Shown in pieces: positions 20,070 through 31,432 of a stretch of 64,000 nucleotides of DNA. The notes under the pieces were generated by a model, which saw nothing but the letters and a program-made list of their open reading frames with translations, made no database searches and was not told the DNA's origin. The position numbers and the translations under genes were made by a program. The stretch covers positions 478,206 through 542,205 of the forward strand of contig NZ_QNRT01000002.1 of the NCBI RefSeq assembly GCF_003315245.1. Reading direction: 5' to 3'. Source of the stretch: Arenicella xantha. Its GTDB lineage: Bacteria > Pseudomonadota > Gammaproteobacteria > Arenicellales > Arenicellaceae. Every line of letters begins with the position of its first letter. Position 1 is the first letter of the stretch.

Positions 20070-22226
20070 CTAAGGATTGATCTTGAGCGCGGGATCCCCA
20101 AGCAAATGCCAACCAAGTTGCACCGCCGGAAAATCGCTATACTGAGCCAATGCTTGCTTGGCCTGAATCATTGCCTCGCCGATAGTCATACCCTTAAGAT
20201 ACATGCGCTTATTTAGCTCAATACCTAACGCGCGCTCACCGACAGAACTAGTCAATGTCGATGCGCCCATAACACTAGCCGCCCCGTTCTCACCGGACAG
20301 CAGCAACATGTCGGATATCGTGTTGCCTCGAGGATCCACAAAATACGTGTTCCAGCAGCCCCACTGAGTAACCACCGTGGGCTTATTAAGGTTCGTTAGA
20401 TCGGCCACCTGCGATGCTCGCAACATTGGAGGAGTGGTATATGCCCAGCTCTGTTGTGATGAGTGCCCAATGTAAGACACCACCGACACGCCTTGGTTGA
20501 TGAGGCTTAGTAGCTTGTCATGCGCTTGCTGGTGACCATCGATATCAGGATAAACGCGAAAGTCTTCACGTACTCCATCGGACCACTCGCTCGGAATCGC
20601 AGCGATCATGTCGTCGGCATCCTTAGAGAACGACACGCCATTACCAAGGTCGTTCTTATCGGTCACCACCACTGTTCTACCTAAATACCCTGAGCGATTC
20701 TCATAGGCCTTGATCTTGCTCACTACATTGGCCAACTCACTCGGTGTTCTCGCGGAAATACGCGCCACCACCAGTTCGGGTATGCCATCTTCATTGAGGT
20801 CACCGTAGGCAACATCAGACGGAGTTTGAGTAATAGTCAGCGCACCACCTGGCGTAGTCACATAGCGCGTAGGTACTAAACTGACTGAACTCGAAGTGAT
20901 GTTTTTGTAGTCCAGCGTATCGCTGCCAAGTAGCACAACCATCGTCGTGCCCATATGCGTCGCTGCGTGCTTAATGTACGACTGGATCCCTTCCGCGCCA
21001 AACATGTGATGACCGAACTGAGCATAGATATCCGCCACATCGACGACCTTAACGAGGTAGTCTTGTGCGCGTAGTGCAACGAGTTCGTCGAGCGCTGCCC
21101 CTTGCAAACTAGCATGCGTAATAATCAGATATTCAGCGGTACCCGAAGTAATGTCCGTTGGCTCGAGAACCTCTTGCACTGTGGGTTGCGGGTAAGCGGA
21201 TTCACCAATTACAAGATACTCAGCGGCTACACCGCCGGTATTAAACACCACCGAGTCATCTTGATAGCGGATTCCGCGCTTATTTAGTTTTTCGATATGG
21301 CCATCGTCCAAACGCCGATAGACATTAGCCGAAGCTTCACCAAAGTTAGATACTTCGAGTTGCTCGGCATCAACAAAGCCAGCCAGATATCGTTGACCTT
21401 CGGCATCAGCAGAACGTCGATAGCTTACGCTGAATTGGTTCAGCGCAATCCGATCAAACGGCACGCCGGCAATCGCACGATAATTATATTTAAGTGTATT
21501 CGTACCTGCCTGTAAGGGTGCATTGTCAATCGCAAGCTGAGTCGCCGAATTGCCATCAAACTGCTGATCACCAACGACTATGCCATTTACTTCAATTTCA
21601 AAGTGATGATCATTGCCTTCAATCGCAAAATCGAGCAATCCGTACATATCAACCGTAATATCACCTACCGTTGCCGCAAGATTATCAACCTCAAATTGGT
21701 AACTCGGCGTGGCAAAAAAACTAAACGTCTGACCAAAGTGATAAGGGTCAGTAGATGATGGTGAGGAGAAATCATAAGTAACATTACGCTCAATCACCGC
21801 GGTATGTAGATAACTTGAAGCAGACTCCAAGCGTCGATTAACTCGGGTATGAAATGTTTGTATTGACTTACGGTTTGCTAGCGAACGATTAGCCAGCATA
21901 TGTAGCACATACACTTGTTCGTCACGGTACAAACTATCAGCGGGTTCAGCATAAAATTCAATGTAGCCGCCTCCTCCAAACTGACGATTGCGACCACCGC
22001 CTTTACCCGCTGTGGCTAACTGAACCCACTCGCCATTCAGACTCAAACCAAACCGGTCGTGCCTTAAACCGGCCAGATCAGCTCCAGCGTCGACCAACTG
22101 CTCGTAGGTAATGCGATGCATACCAGCTTGTGTAGTACTCAACGTCAATAATTCGAACGCAGCCGCCGTGTTTACAAAACCGCAAACTGCGAGTGCACTA
22201 AAGAACCTAATAAATAAATTTTTCAT
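20070..22226 (-). CDS. Secreted peptidase C25 (gingipain/PorU-like, clan CD) family protein
   Basis: Signal peptide. The catalytic-domain start pattern AEYLIITHASLQGAALDELVALRAQDYLVKVVDVADIY is present. A His-Gly-type motif YIGHS sits ~36 aa before a hydrophobic-block Cys (VVTQWGC), the clan-CD spacing. It lies 25 bp downstream of the giant adhesin and is probably co-transcribed. Confidence 0.5.
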   Translation of the reverse strand: MKNLFIRFFSALAVCGFVNTAAAFELLTLSTTQAGMHRITYEQLVDAGADLAGLRHDRFGLSLNGEWVQLATAGKGGGRNRQFGGGGYIEFYAEPADSLYRDEQVYVLHMLANRSLANRKSIQTFHTRVNRRLESASSYLHTAVIERNVTYDFSSPSSTDPYHFGQTFSFFATPSYQFEVDNLAATVGDITVDMYGLLDFAIEGNDHHFEIEVNGIVVGDQQFDGNSATQLAIDNAPLQAGTNTLKYNYRAIAGVPFDRIALNQFSVSYRRSADAEGQRYLAGFVDAEQLEVSNFGEASANVYRRLDDGHIEKLNKRGIRYQDDSVVFNTGGVAAEYLVIGESAYPQPTVQEVLEPTDITSGTAEYLIITHASLQGAALDELVALRAQDYLVKVVDVADIYAQFGHHMFGAEGIQSYIKHAATHMGTTMVVLLGSDTLDYKNITSSSVSLVPTRYVTTPGGALTITQTPSDVAYGDLNEDGIPELVVARISARTPSELANVVSKIKAYENRSGYLGRTVVVTDKNDLGNGVSFSKDADDMIAAIPSEWSDGVREDFRVYPDIDGHQQAHDKLLSLINQGVSVVSYIGHSSQQSWAYTTPPMLRASQVADLTNLNKPTVVTQWGCWNTYFVDPRGNTISDMLLLSGENGAASVMGASTLTSSVGERALGIELNKRMYLKGMTIGEAMIQAKQALAQYSDFPAVQLGWHLLGDPALKINP

Positions 22227-22250
22227 AGCTATTTCTCGATCGTCGCTAGT

Positions 22251-25200
22251 TTAGTTTTTCGATTCAGACTCAATGCCTGTATCGTCCGCTTCTGGCAGAT
22301 CTAGATCGTACTCACCGGATGATCGTAGCTGGTTCAAACGTCTATTAATGTTAGTACGTACTGAGTCAACATCCTCCACCTTCGGGCGAATCCGTGACCA
22401 ATCGAACTCTTCTGGGGTAATCATATTTGCGCCATAAGAAGCATCAGTCTTGAATGGACCATGTGCTGTGACTTCCTCGGCATTTGATATATCCACCAAT
22501 GAAAACCACTTAGCATCGGTATTTACTCGGTGAACGTATTGTCGTGTTTCCATGGCTTCACCAGGGCGACCAACAATCATTTCAGGCGTTAATAGAGTCC
22601 ATTGATCGGCCTCACGAGAGTAGATTTGGAAACCCGCATGACCTACTTCGTTACTGGTTTCCCAACTAATTTCTACCCAATCGCCTTGACGCTCAGCTTT
22701 CAAATAATTGATGGTTACTGGCGTCGTTGCAAACTGTTGCTGATATGCGAAGTCAATGGCTGACTGCGTTGCGCCACCCGATAACGAGTAGCTCGGCGAT
22801 GCGTTGTCACACAGCGCTGCAGTCGGCGAATCACAAACGCGATCTTCTGGCAATGGTTCACCGGCTAGATCTGGGTCACCGGTCTGTCCGTAACCATCAA
22901 CCACAGAGCCACTGGTAACCACTTCGACTCGATAGTTACCGTCCGGCAAATTTGCAAAACTATAATCGCCATTGGCGTCTGTAGTGGTTTCCGAGAGCTT
23001 CACAAAACTACCGCCCTGCTCCACATACAACTCTACAACCACCGCTTGGGCTGGCACATCGGCATTACCACCAGGGCTACCGTCTAATTCCGTCGCTTCT
23101 AGTGTGCCGTTGTCATCAGGTTCGACCAAAGAGATATCCTCTATCACGATGGTGCCGCTAATTTCGTTCGACCCATTGACCCCGAAATCCGCGGTCAAAT
23201 TAGGCGAGTTAGTGGTCAGAGCATAGGTCCAAGGCTTAGCTAGATTGTCACCAACCCCGCCGGTCACCAAGGTTCCGTCACCAATTTCGCTATAACCTAC
23301 CGCATCGAGCACAACAACAATATATTGCCCGCTCGGCAAACTGGTGCAGTAATATTCACCATACTGATTAGTTCGTACCGTTCGAACCAAATTGTCCACA
23401 CCTGGCACTGGCGCATTAGTTACCAGACCTGGATCATTTGGCGTCTCGCTGGAATCACTGTCTAACCAACACTGAATAGTAACCCCCGAAATTCCCGGCT
23501 CATCGTCATCGATAATGCCATCGGCATTAACATCGAACCAAAACCGGTTGCCTATAGAACCTAATTTAACGTCCGACACATACCCTGCGTCTTGCCCAAC
23601 GATATCTGCACCGCCAGCAATAACGATTGGAGTAGGAATCACCTCAAGGGCATTCAAACCGCTTGTCACGCTCGATAAATCCGTGACCTGAATCGTATAG
23701 CTGTCATCTGGCAAACCATTGAAAACGTAGGATCCGTTGGCATTGGTTTTAGTGGTAGCCACCACATTTCCACCGCTATCTAGCAAGTTCAGCGTAACGC
23801 CTTGAAACTCACCGTCGTCAGCGGCGAGATAATCACCATTTGCATTTGAATCGGAGTAAATAGTGCCGGCAATGCTACCTAAATCGCTACCAACTTCAGG
23901 ATTAAAACCGAAGTCAAGGTTGCCAATATTGTTATCCGAATCACTCGCCAAATCGATTGGGAAGTAATTAAATGATCCAACCGACAGATTGGTCGGCTGT
24001 GTATCGTTTAAGTCAACGCCCGCCGCGCCATCAACATCAGCTGACTCATAGCCAACGATTAGCCCGTCAATTAAATCAGCGCCGGTGATACCGGAAATAA
24101 TCCAACTCCCATCAGCGTTGGTGGTAGTGGTTAGAATAATGTCGCCCTGTGGGTTCGCTCCGGTTGCAGTAGATGAGTCATAAATATTGACAGTCACTCC
24201 AGCAATTGGCGCTTCGCCAGCATCGTGAACGCCATCGTTGTCGACATCTACCCACATAAATCCTGACAGAATACCGTCACCGACACTCGGCTCGTAACCT
24301 ACATCCACCTCAGTCACACGTTCACCTTCTGATAATAGAACGGCTTGTGGGTCAACCGTCAAATCTAGGCCTGCCGGAATATCAGCGGGGTTTGCATCCA
24401 CCAGATATTCACCAGCCACCAGGTCAGGGAATATATATTCGCCATTCGCGTCAGTTTGAGTCGAAGCAACAAACTCGGGGTCAGTGGGATCACACGGAGG
24501 GGAAGCAATTGGGCTGGTACACAGATAAACTGTCATACCCGACAAATTCAACTCAGGATCATCAGCCAAACCATTGGTGGTGCCGCCGGCATTTGCCGCG
24601 TCCACAAACAATTCCCCAGAAATTGAGCCGGTCACTTCGTCGTTGATGTAACCGAAGTCAACATCACTTACATCGGCGCCGGCAACACTTACCGACAGCG
24701 CATCTAAACCACTGGTTAAGTCATAGCCAGACAATAGCGATGCCTGGTCTGTTACCGCTACCACATAGTCACCATCGGCTACACCCGAGAAGCTGTAATC
24801 GCCACTCGAATCCGTCACCGTGGTAGCTAGCACTACCGACGGCAACACACCGTCATCATCCGCCAAATCGGGCAAAACCACACTACCGTTGCCGTTCATA
24901 TCGAAGAGACCAGCAATCACCGCCACGCCGTTTACCGTGGCCGTATCTGCCGCGTCTATCAGCGCGTCACCATTGATGTCGATATTACCGTCAATTACGC
25001 TGTAGCCAAGATACAGTCCATCATCAGTGGCGTCGATCAAACCATCACCGTTGATATCAAGCTGGCCGTCAATGACTTCAAGTTCGGCACTTAGCAGTGA
25101 TAGTGTCACGTCCGCAAAGCCAACCTCACCAAGGTCTTCTACACCATCTTTGTCGGCATCCACAAACACCGTGCCAGAAACATCGTTCAGCGTTGCATCA

Positions 25201-28200
25201 ACATAACCAAAGTCCACGTTGCTAGCGCTGCTGCCTAGTTCCAGAGTTAACTCTGTGGCGTTGTTAACAGCACCATCTGGATCTTCGGTTTGCGCACCGC
25301 CAGGGGCGGTCACAAGCACTTGGTAATCACCAGGCACCAGACCATCAAAGGCATAGCTACCATCAGACCCAGAATTTACTACCGACACGGTTGTCTCGTA
25401 ACTTCCGTTGCCATCGGTGTCTTGCAGCAACGTTACCACCGTACCACCAATGCCTAACTCGCCATCAGTTTGATCTGCGCTGGAGTCTGCGTCGCTATAA
25501 ATTACGCCGCTTATCGAACCAGAATTGTTAAAACCGAAACTATCTTGGTTATCGGTGACGCCACCAGCGACGATTACGGCATCAGAGAGTAAATTCTCTG
25601 CTTCGGATGTCGTTCCATTAAAACCGTTTAATTGGCCCTCGGTATCGTTGACCGCTAATAAATAGGTACCATCCTCCAAACCAGTAAACGATACATCGCC
25701 GTTTTCATCAGTCTGCTGAGTCGACACCACATCCGGCTGGCCATCGCCATTTAGGTCATCCGGAATACCATTTGAATCATTGTCTAAGTAAAGATTAATT
25801 GACACGCCAGCAACACCATCTTCGCCAGGGTCTTTAATGCCGTCTTGGTTCGTGTCGATCCACACCGTATCTTCAATCGTATTGAGCGCAGGATTATCAA
25901 AACCAAAGTCCACGTCGGTTACGGTCGACACACCGATATTGAGTGTGATCGGCGAACTGGTATAAGCACCTTCGCTTTGGGCACCGAGCGTTGGCGTGTA
26001 ACCAACTAATTCGGGATCGGTGGCGCTTAAGCGCACAGTGTAGTCGTCGCCAAATGCCACATTGGTAAACAAGTATGACCCATCAGCACTGGTGGTCGTA
26101 GTGTCTAGCAATATGCCTGACGCGTTATACAGCTCAACCACCACACCAGCAATGCCAGCCTCACCAGCATCTTGAATACCATCGCCGTCAGCATCAGCCC
26201 AAACGAGGTTGCCAATTGCGCCAGTATTGGCCGGCGCAACATAACCAAAATCAATACCAGTAACTGCATCGTTGGGTTCCAAAGAAACCGCTTTAGGGTC
26301 AACACCGCCAACACCAAAGGTGTTGATTAAACCCGCTGGTAAGGTAGTGTCATCAACGTTAATCGTATAGTCGCCAACCGGAACATCCGTGAAGGAATAC
26401 GCCCCATTCGCATCGGTAACGGTGGTCGCTGCCACGCCGCCTAAGTCATCCAATAACTCAACAACAATACCAGACAGCTCGGCTTCTTCGAGATCGTTGA
26501 TCCCATCTCGGTCTTGATCTAACCAAACACTGCCGCCAACACTCGATGTTTGAGCATCAACAAAGTTGTTATTCGCGTCGACTTCGTCAACCGCCACCGA
26601 CACAGGAATCTGATTGTCATTGGCATTGCCGTTGCCCGCTGCATCGGTGTCTACTGATTGCGTATCACTCACCGATGAATAACCCGCAGGGTCGACCTCG
26701 ACAATCACGTAATCGCCAACTATGACGTCTTCAAATAGAAAGTCTCCGTTAATATCCGTCACAGCCGTATAAGCTAAAACTCCGTCGCTAGGATCACCGT
26801 CACCATTTGGGTCGGTGTACAACAGTATACTTACCCCAGCTAGATCAACATCACCAACACCATCGAAGTTCTGATCGGCTGATACATTGCCAGACACATC
26901 TCCCGTGGCAAGTTGGTCGGTCACTGAACCCTCAATCGGTGTGGGCAATTCTACCGACGTGGTCGACGCCGTGTTTTCTAGCTCCGTAATTCCGGCGGCA
27001 ATAGGGTCATCAACAATTACATCAAAAGTGACTACCAATGTCTCCCCTGGCGGCAAGTCTATATCATCGCCTGCGGTCACCATATTTGGTGGCGCACTCG
27101 CAGCATCGTTAATTGTTCCTAAGTACTCGTAGTTAACAGTGAAATCAAGCGAGCCTGAGGTGTTCGTGCCGCCAGACAAAGTGTATGTATCTCGCCATTC
27201 GAACGAATAGTTACCTACCGCGTTACCTGTCTGCGCATTTGGGCCAAAAGTTACGTTCCATGGACCTTGGTTATTGCCTCCAAAGCTTCCAGGGCCAAAG
27301 GCATATGTCGTGCCATTTGCTATCGACACATCAAGCCCTATGTCACTGCGCCAATCAGTTGTGCCGCCAGCACTTGCGAAGGCGAACGACGTTATAGAGC
27401 TGTCTGCTGGCAAATCAGGTGTTGTGTTGTAAGCTTGGGTCAGCGTGGATGCAAAGTTTTGATTCGCCGCGAATATATGATTAAAACTATCCGAAACGAG
27501 CCCAGGATAAGTTTTTTGCGCAGTTGCGTTCACATACGTCACACCGGGTGGCAATAAGTCGCTTAATGTAACGTCGTTGGCAGTGCCTGAACCGGTGTTG
27601 GTGACGGTAATGGTGTAGGTAAGCGTATCGCCAGGGCTCACAGCGGCGCCGGCCGCACTCGATACTTTAGTGATCTCGAGCTCGGGTTCATCGACCGCAC
27701 AAAAAGTAAATCCAGCCAACCTTATCGCATGACCATCACTTTCACCGTGCGGTGCTGGTTCGCCGCCACTGGCTTCCGCTGCCGCATCATCTGGCCCATT
27801 TGAGTAACTCACACTTAACGAATCAATCAAATTTGGCGCACTAATCGTAATCTGCCCTGCTGGATCAGTTGTCGCTACACCACCGGACACGCCTGTGACA
27901 TAGTTTGCCGAGGATGTCTGCCCTACCACTGTCACATTGCTGCCAGCGTTTGAAATTGTAATCGGCACATTCGAGCCACTTAGGCTTGCGTTGACTTGCA
28001 CCACGTCTTGGAACGATGACACAGGAAGCGTATTGCTTGGCGCGTTGTAACCAACATCGTCTATATCGGCAACCTGATAATCCACAACATAACCTGGTTC
28101 TGAAAACGAAAATTCAAAGCCGACCACATCGGTCGAGTCGCTTGAAGCCATGCCAACCGTTAAAAAGCCGGTACCAAAAGCCCCATTTGTTTCGGTAGTA

Positions 28201-28601
28201 ATATCCAAACCTGGCGGTGGATCAATGTCACAACTGCCACCGGCCGCTATGACATTAGCCGGACAAGTAAAATTTGAATCAAAATTTCGACCATCAGGAT
28301 CGATTAAGGTTGCAGTCACGACAACACTTTGCGGATTACCAAGCCCGTCCGTATAGTTGACCGTATAGTTTTGGCTCGCGCCATCCGTATTATTGGTGTC
28401 TAACCACTCATTGCCAGTACCCACGCCGGTCGACCAAGAAAAAGTCGCCGGAGAACTATTAGCCGGACATGTTTGTGCATACCCAGAGGTCGGGAATAGT
28501 AAAAATATTCCGATCGTGGCTAATAGCCCAGAGTGTTTTGCATCCAGCGAACCGAAAATACACCCAACCAAATCGCGAAACTTACGATTGAATTTCATCA
28601 A
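22251..28601 (-). CDS. Giant (2116 aa) secreted adhesin-like protein with DUF11 and many SdrD-B/Cna-B-type Ca-binding repeats
   Basis: Signal peptide. DUF11-like segment [34 protein letters not shown]. More than 10 repeats of the (F/W)xDx(N/D)xDGxxDxxExGxxGVxVxL type, giving extensive intragenic DNA repeats. Confidence 0.8.
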   Translation of the reverse strand: MMKFNRKFRDLVGCIFGSLDAKHSGLLATIGIFLLFPTSGYAQTCPANSSPATFSWSTGVGTGNEWLDTNNTDGASQNYTVNYTDGLGNPQSVVVTATLIDPDGRNFDSNFTCPANVIAAGGSCDIDPPPGLDITTETNGAFGTGFLTVGMASSDSTDVVGFEFSFSEPGYVVDYQVADIDDVGYNAPSNTLPVSSFQDVVQVNASLSGSNVPITISNAGSNVTVVGQTSSANYVTGVSGGVATTDPAGQITISAPNLIDSLSVSYSNGPDDAAAEASGGEPAPHGESDGHAIRLAGFTFCAVDEPELEITKVSSAAGAAVSPGDTLTYTITVTNTGSGTANDVTLSDLLPPGVTYVNATAQKTYPGLVSDSFNHIFAANQNFASTLTQAYNTTPDLPADSSITSFAFASAGGTTDWRSDIGLDVSIANGTTYAFGPGSFGGNNQGPWNVTFGPNAQTGNAVGNYSFEWRDTYTLSGGTNTSGSLDFTVNYEYLGTINDAASAPPNMVTAGDDIDLPPGETLVVTFDVIVDDPIAAGITELENTASTTSVELPTPIEGSVTDQLATGDVSGNVSADQNFDGVGDVDLAGVSILLYTDPNGDGDPSDGVLAYTAVTDINGDFLFEDVIVGDYVIVEVDPAGYSSVSDTQSVDTDAAGNGNANDNQIPVSVAVDEVDANNNFVDAQTSSVGGSVWLDQDRDGINDLEEAELSGIVVELLDDLGGVAATTVTDANGAYSFTDVPVGDYTINVDDTTLPAGLINTFGVGGVDPKAVSLEPNDAVTGIDFGYVAPANTGAIGNLVWADADGDGIQDAGEAGIAGVVVELYNASGILLDTTTTSADGSYLFTNVAFGDDYTVRLSATDPELVGYTPTLGAQSEGAYTSSPITLNIGVSTVTDVDFGFDNPALNTIEDTVWIDTNQDGIKDPGEDGVAGVSINLYLDNDSNGIPDDLNGDGQPDVVSTQQTDENGDVSFTGLEDGTYLLAVNDTEGQLNGFNGTTSEAENLLSDAVIVAGGVTDNQDSFGFNNSGSISGVIYSDADSSADQTDGELGIGGTVVTLLQDTDGNGSYETTVSVVNSGSDGSYAFDGLVPGDYQVLVTAPGGAQTEDPDGAVNNATELTLELGSSASNVDFGYVDATLNDVSGTVFVDADKDGVEDLGEVGFADVTLSLLSAELEVIDGQLDINGDGLIDATDDGLYLGYSVIDGNIDINGDALIDAADTATVNGVAVIAGLFDMNGNGSVVLPDLADDDGVLPSVVLATTVTDSSGDYSFSGVADGDYVVAVTDQASLLSGYDLTSGLDALSVSVAGADVSDVDFGYINDEVTGSISGELFVDAANAGGTTNGLADDPELNLSGMTVYLCTSPIASPPCDPTDPEFVASTQTDANGEYIFPDLVAGEYLVDANPADIPAGLDLTVDPQAVLLSEGERVTEVDVGYEPSVGDGILSGFMWVDVDNDGVHDAGEAPIAGVTVNIYDSSTATGANPQGDIILTTTTNADGSWIISGITGADLIDGLIVGYESADVDGAAGVDLNDTQPTNLSVGSFNYFPIDLASDSDNNIGNLDFGFNPEVGSDLGSIAGTIYSDSNANGDYLAADDGEFQGVTLNLLDSGGNVVATTKTNANGSYVFNGLPDDSYTIQVTDLSSVTSGLNALEVIPTPIVIAGGADIVGQDAGYVSDVKLGSIGNRFWFDVNADGIIDDDEPGISGVTIQCWLDSDSSETPNDPGLVTNAPVPGVDNLVRTVRTNQYGEYYCTSLPSGQYIVVVLDAVGYSEIGDGTLVTGGVGDNLAKPWTYALTTNSPNLTADFGVNGSNEISGTIVIEDISLVEPDDNGTLEATELDGSPGGNADVPAQAVVVELYVEQGGSFVKLSETTTDANGDYSFANLPDGNYRVEVVTSGSVVDGYGQTGDPDLAGEPLPEDRVCDSPTAALCDNASPSYSLSGGATQSAIDFAYQQQFATTPVTINYLKAERQGDWVEISWETSNEVGHAGFQIYSREADQWTLLTPEMIVGRPGEAMETRQYVHRVNTDAKWFSLVDISNAEEVTAHGPFKTDASYGANMITPEEFDWSRIRPKVEDVDSVRTNINRRLNQLRSSGEYDLDLPEADDTGIESESKN

Positions 28602-29178
28602 ATATCCCCCCAGGGAAAAATTGTGCGCTAGTTAACGCTCCTTTTAAAAGGCAGGGGGAGAACTGACAATATGATTGGCCACGACAGCGCCAACCATATT
28701 GTAGTGGGTCGGGGTAAACTAATTAGAGTACATAACAGTCGATAGCGAATCGATTTTGTGAGCCCTCACACAAACTACAACAAATTCTTTGACTGAATTC
28801 GATTGCCTAAAGTAGTAACACATTAGGTCAGAACAGCATAGCGCTATCGTATGTAATCTAACAGTAATTACCCCCCACGGATCAATCCCCCTGCTAGACT
28901 ATTGACACTAACTAATCAAGTCCCAAATGGCAAGCTGAAAACAATACAATCGGTTGTATTTTACAAAAAAAGACATTTGGCAAAGATATATGCAAGATGA
29001 TTGTCAAGTTTTACACTTTAATCGTTCCAATTAGGCTCGATACTAGTGCGCCGTTCTAACTAAGGGTCGCGTCCCACAGCCAGTCCTTTGCCCTTCCACA
29101 ATCGATTCGATAGAGCTTATTTCAACGTCGTTCGAGCACATGCCCACACACGACAATCAAGTGCTAGATGATTGATTG

Positions 29179-29940
29179 CTAGCAAACCCTATAATCGTTC
29201 TGTGACATAAGGTCGACACCACACGGCAAAGCCTCTATCCAGTCTAAAAACGCATTGACCATTTTCGGCCCTTTAAAAGATCGGCCATGCTGTGGCACCA
29301 TCCACTGCACGTCAAGCGACCGCACCATATTGGCCCAGTAACGACACACTGTATTGCTATTCATATAGCGTTGATGAAATCCTTTCATGCTTGGTATCGC
29401 TTCATCGAATGACTTGAATGGCATATCCAAATTGTCATGCGTGAGGTTAGCGCCCATATCCCCAGAAAAAAGCACTTTGCTAATGGGATCATAAAACTGA
29501 AAATTACCCTCAGAGTGCAGAAAGTGAGCAGGAATCGCTTTAATAACTGTTCGACCTAGCGGTATGTCCATGCCGCGATCTGGTATGGAAATGATTCGAT
29601 CTTGCATTTTGCCAGCGCGCGAGAAATGCGGAATAAATCGCTCCCAAATCTCCGGGCACACGAGCTTGCAATCGGTACCGTTCATCCAACGATTAATCGA
29701 TGCAACAATATCAGGGTCTTGATGCGATGCAAGTACGTATTCGAGCTCCTTACTATTCACATGCTTGTTCATTTCCATAAACAACCCACTGTAAGTTAAC
29801 TCACCGCCTGGATCGATTAACGCGGCTTGACCATTATTCGCAATTAAAAACTGATTCGACTGTACACTCGCCTGATCATTAACCAAGTCCGTGAAAGCGA
29901 TGTTTAGGTGGTTATCTTTATCAAATAACTTAATACTCAT
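29179..29940 (-). CDS. MBL-fold metallo-hydrolase
   Basis: HxHxDH-type motif LASHQDPDIV plus downstream His/Asp ligands. Confidence 0.7.
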   Translation of the reverse strand: MSIKLFDKDNHLNIAFTDLVNDQASVQSNQFLIANNGQAALIDPGGELTYSGLFMEMNKHVNSKELEYVLASHQDPDIVASINRWMNGTDCKLVCPEIWERFIPHFSRAGKMQDRIISIPDRGMDIPLGRTVIKAIPAHFLHSEGNFQFYDPISKVLFSGDMGANLTHDNLDMPFKSFDEAIPSMKGFHQRYMNSNTVCRYWANMVRSLDVQWMVPQHGRSFKGPKMVNAFLDWIEALPCGVDLMSQNDYRVC

Positions 29941-30402
29941 CGGCTTGCTATCCGCTCGCTATATTTATTTGAGCGCTATTTTAGTGAACGGATGTAAGTG
30001 ATAATTGATCTGTGTCAATTTATGCCAGCATAAACTAACTAACAGCTAACTGGTGTTAAAAGTAAGCGTCATCGCTCATCAATCAGCCTGTTGAACGAGC
30101 CATAAAAAATCAACCAATAACCCTAACTCTTTTTCCCTCAAGTAATTTCATTTTGAGCTTTCGCTCAAACCTAGATAAATTTTCTATTTTTTATTTGTAG
30201 GCTGAGAGCACTAACTCATCGGCCTAAAGTGCTTTGAGAGCAATACTCGACTTCAATTGACTAAACAATCGTAACCAATTGTATTAATTAGAATTTCACC
30301 TATTCTAAAACTAGGTTCTCGACGATAAAACCGCAATGAAATAGCACACTCCAGCTGCCCTATTAAAGTAGATTCTATATTTCACATGCCGATAAAAAGG
30401 TG

Positions 30403-30430
30403 TTGACAACATTTTTTATCGGCGTATATT
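30403..30430 (+). promoter_or_regulatory. Near-consensus sigma70 promoter TTGACA-N16-TATATT
   Basis: ttgacaacattttttatcggcgtatatt seen in sequence, with no annotated gene immediately downstream. Confidence 0.35.
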
Positions 30431-30642
30431 CCCGCCCCCATGAAATACACGTTAAACATATTCAACCTTCCAACGCTCTGCGTGCGGCCAAGTGCTGCCC
30501 ATTTGAGTGTGGATTTTTCGCGCCTGGAGAACATCAGCGCGGTCGCCATCGCGTATGGCGCACAAGACAATTTGATTAGTTAACGTAGTCTCGAAATATT
30601 CGAAGGCTGCGTAAGCGGCCTTCTTGGAAATGCATTTGCAGA

Positions 30643-30677
30643 AACCTCGGTGGTCGTATGACCTCGAGGTTTTTTTC
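30643..30677 (+). terminator. Terminator-like hairpin (aacctcg…cgaggtt) followed by T7
   Basis: gaaacctcggtggtcgtatgacctcgaggttttttt lies ~240 nt downstream of the promoter at 30403. Confidence 0.4.
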
Positions 30678-30921
30678 GTATTGGGAGCGACAAATACGAC
30701 ACCTCAGGGAACAAGAGATATCAGTGAGTACGATAAAAACCCACCATTGCATACGCCTCAAGGGGCACCTAGGTTCATGCAACCGTGGCATACCGTTCAC
30801 GCTGAACATAAGTTCGACATTGTTCATTCGTCTGAAACGAATGCTGGCTCGAGAGTCCAGCCTGGTGCCAACCGCGTGCGGTCTTGGTATACCTCAAATG
30901 AATGGCACGTCAAACACCAAC

Positions 30922-30991
30922 TTGGTTGTAGCTAAGCGGTCTAGCAATGAGATTTATCTCATGTACGCAGGTTCGATTCCTGCCATCCAAA
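30922..30991 (+). pseudogene. Degenerate tRNA-like sequence (cloverleaf with a perfect T-arm but a 6-nt anticodon loop and one acceptor mismatch)
   Basis: Acceptor TTGGTTG/CATCCAA (6/7), D-arm GCTA-AGCGGTC-TAGC, T-arm GCAGG-TTCGATT-CCTGC. The anticodon stem ATGAG/CTCAT leaves only ATTTAT as the loop. Confidence 0.4.
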
Positions 30992-30995
30992 CACT

Positions 30996-31063
30996 AGTAG
31001 CTCAGTGGGTAGAGCAGCGAACTATTAATTCGTCGGTCGCGGGTTCGAGTCCCGCCTACCAAC
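30996..31063 (+). pseudogene. 5'-truncated tRNA-like sequence (tRNA-Asn-like body; loop CTATTAA, anticodon ATT instead of GTT)
   Basis: Canonical D-arm GCTCAGTGGGTAGAGC, anticodon arm GCGAA-CTATTAA-TTCGT, T-arm GCGGG-TTCGAGT-CCCGC and a 3' acceptor strand CTACCAA, but no matching 5' acceptor strand. Confidence 0.45.
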
Positions 31064-31432
31064 CTATCACGTTGGATATTGCGCGAAAGCGCGTTTTAGC
31101 AAGTGGGAAGTTCCCGCGCTGAGTATCTTGGATGTCACGATAAACCAGGCTGGAAACGGCCTAGTTCTAAAAGGCAACAAGATGCTCAGCAACACACAAG
31201 AGACTTGTGCCGTTTATCAACGCAGATGAACTCTCTGGCAACGGTTTGTTACTGCAAGATCAGAAATCTGGAAGCAGTATCAAAACAGGCAGTTTTACCA
31301 ACCTGGTCCAGCGATGCAGTCCGCCAACATGAACCGCCCGTCGCCTGTGTGTGGGAACTTTCTACGACTTAGCAATTTTGCAATAACCCGTAGACGAATA
31401 TGTCTATACAAAAAAAGAGAGAGGAACCGATC

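Noticed and set aside
30922-30991. tRNA-like sequence 1 as a functional (possibly suppressor) tRNA
   Set aside because: Hand-folding gives a 6-nt anticodon loop (ATTTAT) or alternative 4-nt loops. No fold yields a canonical 7-nt loop with U33 and purine 37, and the acceptor stem has a T-T mismatch.
30658-31122. 154-aa ORF spanning the tRNA-like sequences
   Set aside because: It reads straight through two tRNA-like cloverleaf sequences and an AT-rich intergenic region, with no RBS. It is an artefact of open frames over non-coding DNA.
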